In this document: positions 37,662 through 47,889 of the stretch, in pieces
How the letters are laid out: every line of letters starts with the position of its first letter
Numbering within the stretch: position 1 is the stretch's first letter
Origin: an uncultured Verrucomicrobiae bacterium
Lineage (GTDB): Bacteria > Verrucomicrobiota > Verrucomicrobiia > Limisphaerales > Palsa-1400
DNA: 64,000 nt
Direction: 5' to 3'
Assembly: GCA_963702845.1 (NCBI GenBank)
Contig: OY969763.1
Coordinates: 288,001-352,000 of the forward strand
Notes under the pieces: generated by a model
Told to the model about the DNA's origin: nothing
Databases searched by the model: none
The model's input: only the letters and a program-made list of their open reading frames with translations
Position numbers and translations under genes: made by a program

Positions 37662-38438
37662 GTGGTCGAAATCATCGCGCACCGTGGGGCTTCTTTTGAT
37701 GCGCCCGAAAATACTCTGGCCGCCTTCCGTCTGGCTTTCGAACAGAAAGCCGACGCCATCGAACTCGATGTCCAACTCAGTCGCGATGGCCGGATTGTCG
37801 TCATTCACGATTTTACGACGCATCGCATCGGCGGCGTCGACAAAGCAATCCGCGAGCAAGACCTCTGCGATCTCAAGCTCCTGGACGTCGGCCGCTGGAA
37901 AGACCTGCGCTGGATGAGCGAACGGATTCCGACCCTGCGCGAGTCTTTGCAAACCGTCCCGCCCGGAAAACGCGTTTTTATCGAGATAAAATCAAGCGCC
38001 GAAATTATTCCTGAACTCGAACGCGTCATCGGCACTTCCGGTTTGCGCACCGAACAGGTCGTCATCATCGGTTTTGATTTCGACACCATTGTCAAAGCCA
38101 AGAAATGGATGCCGCAATACGAATGCGCCTGGCTCATCGGTTTCAAACCGGACGCCCGACGTCCTGATCCCGAAGTGCTCTGCCAGGAAATTATCCAACG
38201 AGCGCACTGCGCCGGCCTCGATGGTTTAGACCTAAATCACACCGGGCCGATCACGTCGGAGTTTATGCAGAATATCCGTGCGGCCGGCCTGAAGGCTTAT
38301 GGCTGGACCATCGACAATGTCGAGTCCGCGCGAAAGATGATCGATCTTGGCGTCAACGGCATCGCCACGAATCGCCCCGCCTGGCTGCGTGAACAATTGT
38401 CTTCGTTCGCAGTCCCCGCTTCAGCCAGTCGCGCGTAA
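37662..38438 (+). CDS. Glycerophosphodiester phosphodiesterase
   Basis: IIAHRGA, PENT, IELDV, IHD, IEIK and IATNRP motifs. Confidence 0.92.
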   Translation: MVEIIAHRGASFDAPENTLAAFRLAFEQKADAIELDVQLSRDGRIVVIHDFTTHRIGGVDKAIREQDLCDLKLLDVGRWKDLRWMSERIPTLRESLQTVPPGKRVFIEIKSSAEIIPELERVIGTSGLRTEQVVIIGFDFDTIVKAKKWMPQYECAWLIGFKPDARRPDPEVLCQEIIQRAHCAGLDGLDLNHTGPITSEFMQNIRAAGLKAYGWTIDNVESARKMIDLGVNGIATNRPAWLREQLSSFAVPASASRA

Positions 38439-38454
38439 GATTTTCAGCGCGCTT

Positions 38455-39777
38455 TTAGCTGACCGCTTCCAGCACCGGCGGTTTCAGTTTCTTGTCTTGC
38501 GGATGTGCTCCGACTTCCCCGCGGTACTTCGTATCGCGACTAAACTTCAACGCCGCTTCCCGACTCTCTTCCCCATCGGCCGCCGTCGCCACTGCCGGCA
38601 ACGAATAATTTCCGTCCGGTAACGAAAAGCGAAAACTAAACGTCCCGTCCGGTCGCAATTTGATTTTCCTGTCGCCAATCGTCACGGTCGCATCCGGCTC
38701 AGTCGCGCCGTAAACAATCAGCTCGGCGTTTACGTTGAACCAAAAACTGCGGCGCTTCTCCATTCCGCCCATCGGACTGGACCAGCTCGCGCCCATCGAA
38801 CTCGGCAAGGAAACGAGCGCACCGCTCCAGGAAGATGATTCGCCTCCCAATTGGCGTCGCACCAGCTCGGTGATTTCCAACGAACCGATCCACACGCGTC
38901 GCATCTTGTCGATCGAAACGACCGAGGCCAGCGCCTTTTCCTGTTCCGGACTCCACGTGCCGTAAACTTCCTTCGGCAAATTGGCAAAACCTTGCGCGCG
39001 CATTTGCTGCAATGCTTCAATCAGCGGCACATTTTCCATCACCGCCGCTTTGACGAGTGCGAGCAGTTGTTCGAACGGCACATCAGGCGGGAGAGTGGCA
39101 AATCGAACGGAAGTGTCGTCCGCCAAACTATCTGGCGGTGTGAAGGTCGCGCTCGATTTCGAAATGATGACCCATCTGCCCTGAGAATCTTCGTAACCCA
39201 ATTCGGCGAGATACTTCGCTCCCGCTTCCGGCACTGGAATGAACCAATTGCGCGATTCGGGATGCACGTGAATCTGCGATAGCGGCTCGCCTGAAATCTC
39301 GTTTTTGAACACGCGCAATTGCAGATGTCCATCGGCCGACTGCGCATTGTATTCCTTCAACTGTTCACTGGTCAGGTCCCACGTGGCGTAGACCCAATGC
39401 GGATCGCGCGCGGTGATGAACAGGCGTTTTGTGCCGTAAGCTTCCGGCAACGATTCGCCGACTCCGGCGAAATGTTGTGCCGGCGGCGTCGGTCCCAACG
39501 AATAGCGTTGTCCTGGTCCGCTGACGGGCGGCGCACTCGGCGCATCGCCTTCCAACAAAATCGGCGGGATCTTTAAAGTTGTTTTGCGGGTCTTCTTCGG
39601 CGCGGCTTTTTCAGAGGCTTTCTCTGAACCTGCCTTGGGTTTCGATGCCGCTGAGCGTGGGCTCGCACTGGGCTTACGTTTCTTGGCCGCAGCCGCGGGT
39701 TTCGCCTTAACTTCGGGCTTAGTGGCTTTGGGTTTGGTCGCGCGTGAACGCGAGCCGCCGGAATTCTTTGGTTTCAT
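38455..39777 (-). CDS. DUF4912 domain protein with Lys/Ala/Pro-rich N-terminus
   Basis: LPEAYG..RLFITARDPHWVYATWD, NAELIVYGATEPDA and DGTFSFRF motifs. Confidence 0.8.
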   Translation of the reverse strand: MKPKNSGGSRSRATKPKATKPEVKAKPAAAAKKRKPSASPRSAASKPKAGSEKASEKAAPKKTRKTTLKIPPILLEGDAPSAPPVSGPGQRYSLGPTPPAQHFAGVGESLPEAYGTKRLFITARDPHWVYATWDLTSEQLKEYNAQSADGHLQLRVFKNEISGEPLSQIHVHPESRNWFIPVPEAGAKYLAELGYEDSQGRWVIISKSSATFTPPDSLADDTSVRFATLPPDVPFEQLLALVKAAVMENVPLIEALQQMRAQGFANLPKEVYGTWSPEQEKALASVVSIDKMRRVWIGSLEITELVRRQLGGESSSWSGALVSLPSSMGASWSSPMGGMEKRRSFWFNVNAELIVYGATEPDATVTIGDRKIKLRPDGTFSFRFSLPDGNYSLPAVATAADGEESREAALKFSRDTKYRGEVGAHPQDKKLKPPVLEAVS

Positions 39778-40104
39778 AAAAAATTGTGCAGGGGGGCACA
39801 ACCACGGTTCCTGCCGGAAACTATGGACGGCTGGCGCGATGACGTCAAGAGGGTGGTGGAGGGGGAATCGTGAGTCGGTGAGTCGGTAAGTGGGTGAGTC
39901 TGACAAATGTGTAACGTGTTGGTGCGCGTTTCGTTGAGGCATGTTGATCGCACCATTATCGGGAGCCTATACGGTTTTGGGTGTTGCGATGGCAGGGGCT
40001 TGGCCATCAATACGCTTGACTGTCTACTGGCAAGTGTTGACACTTGTCTCACCCTGGCTTCGAGTCCCAACCCGGCAACTGCAATTTCGTTGATAAGGAA
40101 TTTT

Positions 40105-43100
40105 ATGAGAAATAGTTGGTTCGTCTCAATTCTCTCTTGTGTGGCTGGGTTTGCATTGTTGATGCCCCAAGGCGGGCGCGCCGATTGCCCAACGTTCACG
40201 GTCGGGCCCTCCAATTTGCCGGTTGCGGTAGTCGGCATGAGCTATCTTCAGCCGACGGCGAATCGGACCTGGACGAGCGCCAGTTCAATGGTTAGCCCCC
40301 GCCAATTCCCGATCGGGAGCGTGTTGAATGATGGCCGGGTTTTTGTGTGCAACGGTTTTTGGGCGTCAGGGGATTATGCGAATTGCGAGATTTATAATCC
40401 GACGAACGGGGAATGGACGTCGACGCAGCCGATGATCCAAAGTGTCCGCGAGCGTGGCGGCGGTTTTTCGGCGACGGTTTTGCAAAATGGCAAGGTGTTG
40501 GTTTTTGGCGGGGACGAATCGTTCGGCACGAGTGATGCGACGGAAATTTATGATCCGGCAACGGACAGTTGGGAATCGGCTCCGACGCCTGCCGCCGCAG
40601 TGCGGTGGTCTCACACAGCTACGTTGTTGCAAAGCGGTAACGTTCTTGTGACCGGCGGACAGGACCTCAACAGCAGTGAGGGCAACCTGTTGCAAACAGC
40701 GTGGATTTTTAATCCTACAACTGAGAGCTGGACGCAAACGGGTTCGATGCATGTCGGGCGCGCGTTTCATCACGCGACGCTTTTGTTGGATGGCCAGGTG
40801 TTGATCACGGATGATGGCGGTGTGGCGGAATTGTTCAATCCGTCAACCGGTAATTTCGTTCTGACGGATGCACCGTCTGAGGTAACGGGCACGTGCGTAA
40901 CATTGCTGCAAAACGGAAATGTTCTGGCCTGCGGCGGCGCGAACGACGGGGGGCGGGCGGCGATTTTTGATTGGACGACCAAGACCTGGCGAGAGACGGC
41001 TCGGTTGCACTACCCACGATGGAACCATAGTGCGACGTTGCTTGCCGATGGCCGGGTGATGGTTTTTGGCGGGACGGACGAGACCAACGGTGTTGTGCAC
41101 GCTTGCGAAATGTTTGACCCGGCGACGGAGTTGTGGACGGTGGTCGATTCATCATCGCTCAATGGCGGCACGGTCGTTTCGCTGAACGACGGAACGGTGC
41201 TCGCCTTTGGCGACGGCTCAAACGACGCGCAGCTGTTCGGGGCCGTCGCGGTAAGCGCGATTGGCAATGCGACGCCTGTAACATATCAGGTTACGGATGG
41301 GTCGTTGCCTCGCGGGGTGACGTTGACGAAGACAGGCATATTGGTCGGGAGTGCATTCCAGATCGGAGACTTCACTTTTACGATTACTGGAACAGATGGT
41401 TCAGGGTGCACAGGCGATGGCACGGTGTCGATTAAAGTGAAAGCGGCCGGGGCGATCACGTTGAGCGATCTGACGCAAAATTATGATGGGAATCCGAAAT
41501 CCGTTTCGTTCACTACGGTTCCGGCGGGTTTGAATGTGCAGGTGTCTTACAACGGTTCAAATACGCCACCAACGGAAACCGGGACTTACAACGTAGTGGC
41601 AATTATCGACGACCCTGTTTACGCCGGCATGGCATCGGCGAAGTTTTCGATTAATTGCGGAGCGGATCTGGCGCATGTGATTCCGTTGCCTGCTGTTTAC
41701 TTTGGCAGCAATTTTTCGATTACACTTGGCGGTGTGATGGAGGGTGGGCACACATCCGTCCAACGCGAGCGGCACACGGTGACGATATTGCAGGATGGAC
41801 GTTTCCTTGCGGTAGGCGGCTCACATGTTTGGTACGAAGATTCAGAGAGCCTGCAGACGGCCGAGGTTTGTGATCCAAACACCGCCCTATGGACGACTGT
41901 TGCTCCCCCGTTGGCGCAACGTGGGGATCATTGCGCAGCGTTGCTGAACGATGGTCGGGTGCTGATCGCCGGCGGCAGAACGGCGCTTTTTTATCATTGG
42001 TGGCTGCAGACGGCTGAAATTTATGACCCCATTTCAAACAAGTGGACCGCTGTTAACAGGTTGATGCTGACGAATCACCCGGCCGGGACGGCCACTACTT
42101 TGCCGAATGGAAAAGTTTTGGTTGCTGGCGGAGGAACGTCCGAGTTGTTTGATCCTGCGACTGGTTCGTGGGGAACGTTAACGCCGATGAATGCTCCACG
42201 GGCACCTCAATCCAGTCCGTGGACGGGAGAACCGCCGATCAGCCCAAATACCGCGATTTTGTTACCGAACGGCAAAGCAATGGTCATCGGGTACGGTTCG
42301 GCGGAAATTTATGATCCGGCCGCGAACACCTGGATGCTCACAAGCGCAATGCATTCGACGTCGAGTGGTGGAGCGATGCTTCTTCCGAACGGAACGGTGT
42401 TGGTTGTGGCCGGTGCTGTGACAGAAATTTATGACCCGGCGACGGATGTTTGGACGCAGAAAACCACGCAGCCGTTTTTGCGCGATAAGCCGACATTAAC
42501 GATGCTGCCGAGCGGAAAAGTTTTGGTTGAAGGATGGGGTGGTGTTTCCGATCAACTGGAGTTTTATGACCCCTCAACAGATACATGGACCGGCGGTGAA
42601 CGTGAAATTCCGTGGCGCTGGAACAGCATTGCGGAGCTTTTGCCGTCGGGCGCGGTGCTTTTCATCGGTGGCCAGACCTATCAGGCAGAACAAGTTCCTT
42701 GCTCAATGTATGTGCCGATCGAAGGCGTTGGTCCATTCAGTTACTGGGCGTCGGTGCCAAGCGGGATGACGTTGGCCACCGATGGCGGTGGGCCAGCGAA
42801 CTATTCAATCACTGGATTGGCGCAGTCGATCGGAAGCACGATCATTCCCGTAACGGTAACGGATTGGAATGGATTGCGGACTTGTCTGACCTTTAAATTT
42901 ACCACGCTGCCAAGCGGGTCGTCGGCTGATACGACGTCGCCAAGCGTTGCGATTACAAATCCGAAATCCAGCAGCGCAACTGTCTCGACCGAATTCATCA
43001 ACATTACTGGCACTGCGGTTGACACGGGTGGTTCAGTGAACACCGGGGTCGCGATGGTGCTGTATTCGTTCAACGGTGGAGCGACACAGGTTGCTTCCAC

Positions 43101-44478
43101 GACCAATAATTTCACGAATTGGTACACCGGCGTTTTACTGAATGTCGGCGCGAATACGTTCACGGCTCAAAGCTTCGATTATCGTGGGAACGCATCGCCC
43201 GTTGTCACCTGCACGATCAATTACCAATGGTATGCGCCCCTATCTGTCCTGACGAGCGGCCTCGGCACGGTGTCGATTCGTAACGGAACGCGATTGGCAG
43301 GAGAGCACGCCTATTCCATCAAAGCGACGCCCGGCAGACAGCACATGTTCTCGAACTGGGTGGATAATGCCACCGGGCTGCCTCTGACGTCATCAGCGCA
43401 ATGCACGTTTGTGATGAAGCGTAATCTGACGCTGTTGGCAAACTTTGTTCCTAATCCAATCGCGGTGAACAAACTCAATGGCAGTTACAACGGTCTTTTC
43501 TTCGAAACGAATGGCATCGCGGAAAAGAGCGCGGGGGCCATTTACAATCTGGCGGTGAAAGCAAATAGCACGTATAGCGGAAAATTGTATTTGGCCGGCG
43601 GTATTTATTCATTGGCGGGAACGTTTGACGTCTCCGGAAGCGATTCACAAACGATCACGCGCGGGGCGGGTGCGGTGAATGTTGCTCTGCACATGGATTG
43701 GAGCACGGATAGCAAACAAATCACCGGCACGGTGTCTTGCGTTAGCGAGAATTGGACGGCGCCGCTGGTTGCCGACCAAGCGGTATTTGGGTTGGGAAAT
43801 CCATATTCGGCGCATCGCTGCACGATGGCGCTCGCGCCTGCCCCGGATGCGCCGACAAATTCGCCATCGGGTTATGGATATGGAGTGATCAACATTCCAG
43901 CCAACGGGATAGTTCAATTGTCCGGAAAACTCGCCGACGGCACATCATTCGCGCAGAAGGTCCCACTTTCGAAGGACGGTAATGCGGCGGTCTATTGCGA
44001 TTTATATAATCATCGAGGGCTCATTGCCGGTCGGCTTTCTTATGCTTCCGGTCGTCCGATGGGCTCATTGACCTGGGTTGCGCCAGCAAACGTAGTTCCG
44101 GGTTATTCGGCCGGTTTCAACAAAACCACCGACGTCATCGGATCAATTTACACGCCGCAATCACCGGCTCTGAATTTGCCGACAGCAACTCTCAACATAG
44201 CTGGCGGCTTTGGCGGTGAAGCGCCACTTCAGTTCAAAGTCATCGTGAATAACAACAACACGATAACAAAAGACACTTCGTCAAAAGCGAACGGGTTCAA
44301 CTCGACGAATTCGGTTAGTGGAAATATCCAGACTTCGACAGGATTGATTACGCTCAAATACCTTCCGACGGGCGCGTCGCAAAGCCGCAACGTTTTCGGA
44401 GTGGCGCTGCCCAATACCAATTGCGCTTATGGTGCATTTGCGACGCCGTCGGGAAGCGGGTCGGTCAGCTTACATTGA
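40105..44478 (+). CDS. Large secreted protein: two Kelch propellers, putative Ig (He_PIG) domains, MBG-like and Ig-like domains
   Basis: Signal peptide from ATG 40105; repeated HTATLL.DGRVL.GG and EIYDPAT..W; GSLPRGVTL Ig; YDGNPK MBG-like. Confidence 0.8.
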   Translation: MRNSWFVSILSCVAGFALLMPQGGRADCPTFTVGPSNLPVAVVGMSYLQPTANRTWTSASSMVSPRQFPIGSVLNDGRVFVCNGFWASGDYANCEIYNPTNGEWTSTQPMIQSVRERGGGFSATVLQNGKVLVFGGDESFGTSDATEIYDPATDSWESAPTPAAAVRWSHTATLLQSGNVLVTGGQDLNSSEGNLLQTAWIFNPTTESWTQTGSMHVGRAFHHATLLLDGQVLITDDGGVAELFNPSTGNFVLTDAPSEVTGTCVTLLQNGNVLACGGANDGGRAAIFDWTTKTWRETARLHYPRWNHSATLLADGRVMVFGGTDETNGVVHACEMFDPATELWTVVDSSSLNGGTVVSLNDGTVLAFGDGSNDAQLFGAVAVSAIGNATPVTYQVTDGSLPRGVTLTKTGILVGSAFQIGDFTFTITGTDGSGCTGDGTVSIKVKAAGAITLSDLTQNYDGNPKSVSFTTVPAGLNVQVSYNGSNTPPTETGTYNVVAIIDDPVYAGMASAKFSINCGADLAHVIPLPAVYFGSNFSITLGGVMEGGHTSVQRERHTVTILQDGRFLAVGGSHVWYEDSESLQTAEVCDPNTALWTTVAPPLAQRGDHCAALLNDGRVLIAGGRTALFYHWWLQTAEIYDPISNKWTAVNRLMLTNHPAGTATTLPNGKVLVAGGGTSELFDPATGSWGTLTPMNAPRAPQSSPWTGEPPISPNTAILLPNGKAMVIGYGSAEIYDPAANTWMLTSAMHSTSSGGAMLLPNGTVLVVAGAVTEIYDPATDVWTQKTTQPFLRDKPTLTMLPSGKVLVEGWGGVSDQLEFYDPSTDTWTGGEREIPWRWNSIAELLPSGAVLFIGGQTYQAEQVPCSMYVPIEGVGPFSYWASVPSGMTLATDGGGPANYSITGLAQSIGSTIIPVTVTDWNGLRTCLTFKFTTLPSGSSADTTSPSVAITNPKSSSATVSTEFINITGTAVDTGGSVNTGVAMVLYSFNGGATQVASTTNNFTNWYTGVLLNVGANTFTAQSFDYRGNASPVVTCTINYQWYAPLSVLTSGLGTVSIRNGTRLAGEHAYSIKATPGRQHMFSNWVDNATGLPLTSSAQCTFVMKRNLTLLANFVPNPIAVNKLNGSYNGLFFETNGIAEKSAGAIYNLAVKANSTYSGKLYLAGGIYSLAGTFDVSGSDSQTITRGAGAVNVALHMDWSTDSKQITGTVSCVSENWTAPLVADQAVFGLGNPYSAHRCTMALAPAPDAPTNSPSGYGYGVINIPANGIVQLSGKLADGTSFAQKVPLSKDGNAAVYCDLYNHRGLIAGRLSYASGRPMGSLTWVAPANVVPGYSAGFNKTTDVIGSIYTPQSPALNLPTATLNIAGGFGGEAPLQFKVIVNNNNTITKDTSSKANGFNSTNSVSGNIQTSTGLITLKYLPTGASQSRNVFGVALPNTNCAYGAFATPSGSGSVSLH

Positions 44479-44548
44479 CCAATAGAGCACTGGTTCCTGG
44501 GGCAGTGTTTGGCTATCGTTGGCGCGTTGTGGGTAAGCCGATTCTAAC

Positions 44549-46588
44549 ATGAAATTTAGTCGCAAATATTTGGGCCGTTTGTGTGGCTTCGGTCTTTGGC
44601 TGCGAGTTTTGGTTTTGCTCGCTGTTGTTCTGGCACTCCCCGGGACGGTGGCAGCGACGCCCGCGATTATTCCGCTTCCGCAGGTGATGCAGGTGCAGCC
44701 GGGGACTTTTACGCTTTGTCCGTCTCAGTTAACAATAGTTGGACTGTCGCCGGCACTGACGAAAATTCTGGTTGAGCCGCAATTGCGGCATGAAGGCGAG
44801 TATTTGGCGGCGCAGTTGTTGAGGTCTACCGGGTTTAGATTTGAAGTTTCTACGAACACTGCGTTAGCTGTACAAACTACGATTCTGCTGACGAGCAGCA
44901 CTGTTACCAATTTGGGAACGGAGGGATACGAGTTGACGGTGGATACGAATGCGGTCGTGATTCGTGGACAGTCGGCGGGTGTTTTCTACGGGATTCAAAC
45001 ACTGTTGCAATTGTTGCCGCCGCAAATTTATTCACAGCGTCCAGTCACAAACATTGCGTGGACGGCGCCGTGCATTTACATCCAGGACGTGCCGCGATTT
45101 TCGTGGCGTGGGTGGATGGTGGATTCAGCACGTCATTTTTTCACCAAAGACGAGATCAAACACTTTCTCGATTCGATGGCGATGCACAAGCTGAACACGT
45201 TTCACTGGCATCTGGACGATGATACGGCCTGGCGGATTGAGATTAAAAAGTGGCCGCTGTTGACGCAGGTCGGTGCATGGCGCAACGGTGTGGATTTTGG
45301 ATTGAATCCACGGTCGTCGACTGCTTTCAACGATGCGGGTAAGTACGGCGGTTTTTACACTCAGGACGACATTCGCGAGATTGTAAGTTATGCAACACAG
45401 CGGCACATCACCGTCGTGCCGGAGATCGAAATGCCGGGACATTCGCTCGCGGCTTTGACGGCCTATCCGCAGTTCGGATGCGGTTGTGCTAGTTGTCAGA
45501 ATGGGCCGTATGGAAATCTCGACGTGGTTAACTCCAATGGCAGCGGCGTGTTTTGTCCCGCGCGACCGGAAACGTTGTTGTTTCTTCAGGATATTCTCAG
45601 TGAAGTGATGGACCTGTTTCCTGGGCAATACATTCATATCGGCGGAGATGAAGTGACGTTCTACAATTGGGCCAGACATCAATTGGACATCGACCTCGGC
45701 AACAGCCTTGGCATCGGGACGACGCAGAAGTATCAGGCGTATTTTGCACAACGTATCGCGAACTTCGCTGCTACCAAAGGGCGGACGATCATTGGTTGGA
45801 GTGAACTGATGAATGGTGGTTTTGTCACGAACGCGGTTTTGATGGACTGGCTTACCGGGAGTTCGAGCAGGGCGACGTTTGCAGCGACGAACGGCGGCAA
45901 AGCGGTGATGACGCCCACGAGCGCTTGTTATATTAATTTTCTGGAGACCTCCTCGACCGGTCAGTGGGTTTCGGAACCACCGTGGCAATCCGGCACTGTA
46001 TCGTTGTCGACCGCGTATGCCCTGAATCCAATTCCGGCTTCGCTCCCGGCTGCCTATACTAACAACATTCTCGGCGCACAGGGAAATTGCTGGGCCGAAT
46101 ATATACCTTCACGCGTGGACATGGAGTTTCGGGCTTTTCCACGGTTGTGTGCATTGGCAGAGGTGAATTGGACTGCGTCGGCGCTGAAGAACTACATGGA
46201 CTTTACCAATCGCCTCGTGCTCCATGAGCAACGGCTGGATTACGCAGGTTTTAGTTACAATCCGCATGCCGATCCATCTGTGATCGCCAGTTGGTCGAGC
46301 GCGCCATTGAGTTATTCTCCAATCGATTGGGACATCACTAGCAGCATCAGTGCGGGCGATTTTGTTACCAGCTTTAAAACCACCTCTGGCAGTTCGATGG
46401 CCATCCAGTCGGTCGCGCTATTGGAGAATGGGCTGCAAATTGATTCGCAGACCAACAGTGGCACTCCGACCTACATCTTCCGCGTCCCCGGTGTGCGACG
46501 TGGCGCAACTTACACGCTGCGTGGTTCGGTTCAGGCGGCCACGACGAATTCGATTGGGCTTATCTACCACCCGACAAAATGGAACTGA
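44549..46588 (+). CDS. Beta-N-acetylhexosaminidase (GH20), secreted
   Basis: PRFSWRG, DSARHFF, HWHLDDD, PEIEMPGH and HIGGDEV (catalytic DE) motifs. Confidence 0.93.
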   Translation: MKFSRKYLGRLCGFGLWLRVLVLLAVVLALPGTVAATPAIIPLPQVMQVQPGTFTLCPSQLTIVGLSPALTKILVEPQLRHEGEYLAAQLLRSTGFRFEVSTNTALAVQTTILLTSSTVTNLGTEGYELTVDTNAVVIRGQSAGVFYGIQTLLQLLPPQIYSQRPVTNIAWTAPCIYIQDVPRFSWRGWMVDSARHFFTKDEIKHFLDSMAMHKLNTFHWHLDDDTAWRIEIKKWPLLTQVGAWRNGVDFGLNPRSSTAFNDAGKYGGFYTQDDIREIVSYATQRHITVVPEIEMPGHSLAALTAYPQFGCGCASCQNGPYGNLDVVNSNGSGVFCPARPETLLFLQDILSEVMDLFPGQYIHIGGDEVTFYNWARHQLDIDLGNSLGIGTTQKYQAYFAQRIANFAATKGRTIIGWSELMNGGFVTNAVLMDWLTGSSSRATFAATNGGKAVMTPTSACYINFLETSSTGQWVSEPPWQSGTVSLSTAYALNPIPASLPAAYTNNILGAQGNCWAEYIPSRVDMEFRAFPRLCALAEVNWTASALKNYMDFTNRLVLHEQRLDYAGFSYNPHADPSVIASWSSAPLSYSPIDWDITSSISAGDFVTSFKTTSGSSMAIQSVALLENGLQIDSQTNSGTPTYIFRVPGVRRGATYTLRGSVQAATTNSIGLIYHPTKWN

Positions 46589-47868
46589 ACCCTTCAAAAG
46601 CATTCATGTTGGTGTCGCTGATTTGCGGCGCTGTTGCATTTGGCGGGCGCGCTCAGTCCGTGCAACTTTCTTCGCTGGCCGGTAGACCACTGCCGGGCGC
46701 GGTCGATGCGCTGAGTGACGATGCGCAATTTAATTGTCCAACCGGAATCGCCGTTGGCACCGACGGCACTATCTTTGTTGCCGACACTCAAAACAGCACC
46801 ATTCGAAAAGTCACCAACGACGGCACGGTGACGACGTTCGCTGGTCTGGCTGGTGCGGTTGGCAGTGTCGACGGCACTGGAACCAACGCACAATTCAACG
46901 CGCCGCAGGGTGTTGCTGTGGACAGCGCCGGTTTCGTTTACGTGGCCGACACGGGGAATTCGACGATCCGCAAAATCAGTTCCTCCGGCGTAGTGAGCAC
47001 GCTTTCTGGCGTCGCAGGTTATCCCAATCCATTTGATGGCATCGGAACAAACGCCCAATTCAATCATCCGCAAGCGCTGGCTATCGACAGTGCCGGACAA
47101 ATTTACGTTGCAGATACATGGAACTACACCATCAGAAAAATCGTAGCCAACGGAACGGTAACCACCCTTGCCGGGCGCGCCGGCTATTCGGGAAGTGTGG
47201 ATGGAGCGACCAACCGGGCGCGGTTCAACGGGCCTACTGGCATCGCTGTCGATAACACTGGCACTGTTTTTGTGACTGAGTTCTGGAGTCACACAATACG
47301 GCAAATCAGTGCGGCGGGCGCTGTGACGACAATCGTCGGAAAGGCAGGTAGTTGGGGTGACAGCGACGGAGTCAATGACAGCGCGCGTTTTTTCCAGACG
47401 ACCGCGATTGTTTCAGCGGGCAGCGGAAATCTTTTCGTTCTCGATTCCGGCAATCAAACTCTTCGCCAACTCACTCTTAACGGTACCAACTGGAACGTTG
47501 CAACGGTTGCGGGTGTTTCCGGACTCGCTGGAAATTTAGACGGCACCGGGGCCTCTGCGCAGATGTATTTTGCGGCGGGGTTGGCGATCGACAGCAACGG
47601 TTTGCTGTATCTCGCCGACACCGGAAACAACACGATCCGCATCAGCTCCTTCGTTCCGCCGCAAATCCACGCGAACCAAACCGCTAGCGCAGTTTCGCTC
47701 TCATGGCGGACGTCAGCTCCAAATTATTCAATTGAATCAACCTCGAACGTGACTGATTCGACTTCGTGGACGTCGGTCTTTGGGCCTGCGGTAGTAGCGG
47801 GCGACAGAATTATTGTAACAAACTCGCCAGCTTCAACGCCGGCCTTCTACCGCCTCCGCGCAAACTAA
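46579..47868 (+). CDS. Secreted NHL-repeat protein with C-terminal ...FYRL domain
   Basis: Six FNxPxGIAVD...VADTxNxTIRK repeats; C-terminal SLSW...SW...AFYRLRAN. Confidence 0.88.
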   Translation: MELNPSKAFMLVSLICGAVAFGGRAQSVQLSSLAGRPLPGAVDALSDDAQFNCPTGIAVGTDGTIFVADTQNSTIRKVTNDGTVTTFAGLAGAVGSVDGTGTNAQFNAPQGVAVDSAGFVYVADTGNSTIRKISSSGVVSTLSGVAGYPNPFDGIGTNAQFNHPQALAIDSAGQIYVADTWNYTIRKIVANGTVTTLAGRAGYSGSVDGATNRARFNGPTGIAVDNTGTVFVTEFWSHTIRQISAAGAVTTIVGKAGSWGDSDGVNDSARFFQTTAIVSAGSGNLFVLDSGNQTLRQLTLNGTNWNVATVAGVSGLAGNLDGTGASAQMYFAAGLAIDSNGLLYLADTGNNTIRISSFVPPQIHANQTASAVSLSWRTSAPNYSIESTSNVTDSTSWTSVFGPAVVAGDRIIVTNSPASTPAFYRLRAN

Positions 47869-47889
47869 ATCGGACCGGCATCGCGATGC

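Noticed and set aside
39778..40104. N-terminal extensions of the DUF4912 and Kelch ORFs in the track
   Set aside because: They translate intergenic repeats; better starts are 39777 and 40105 (the latter with a signal peptide).
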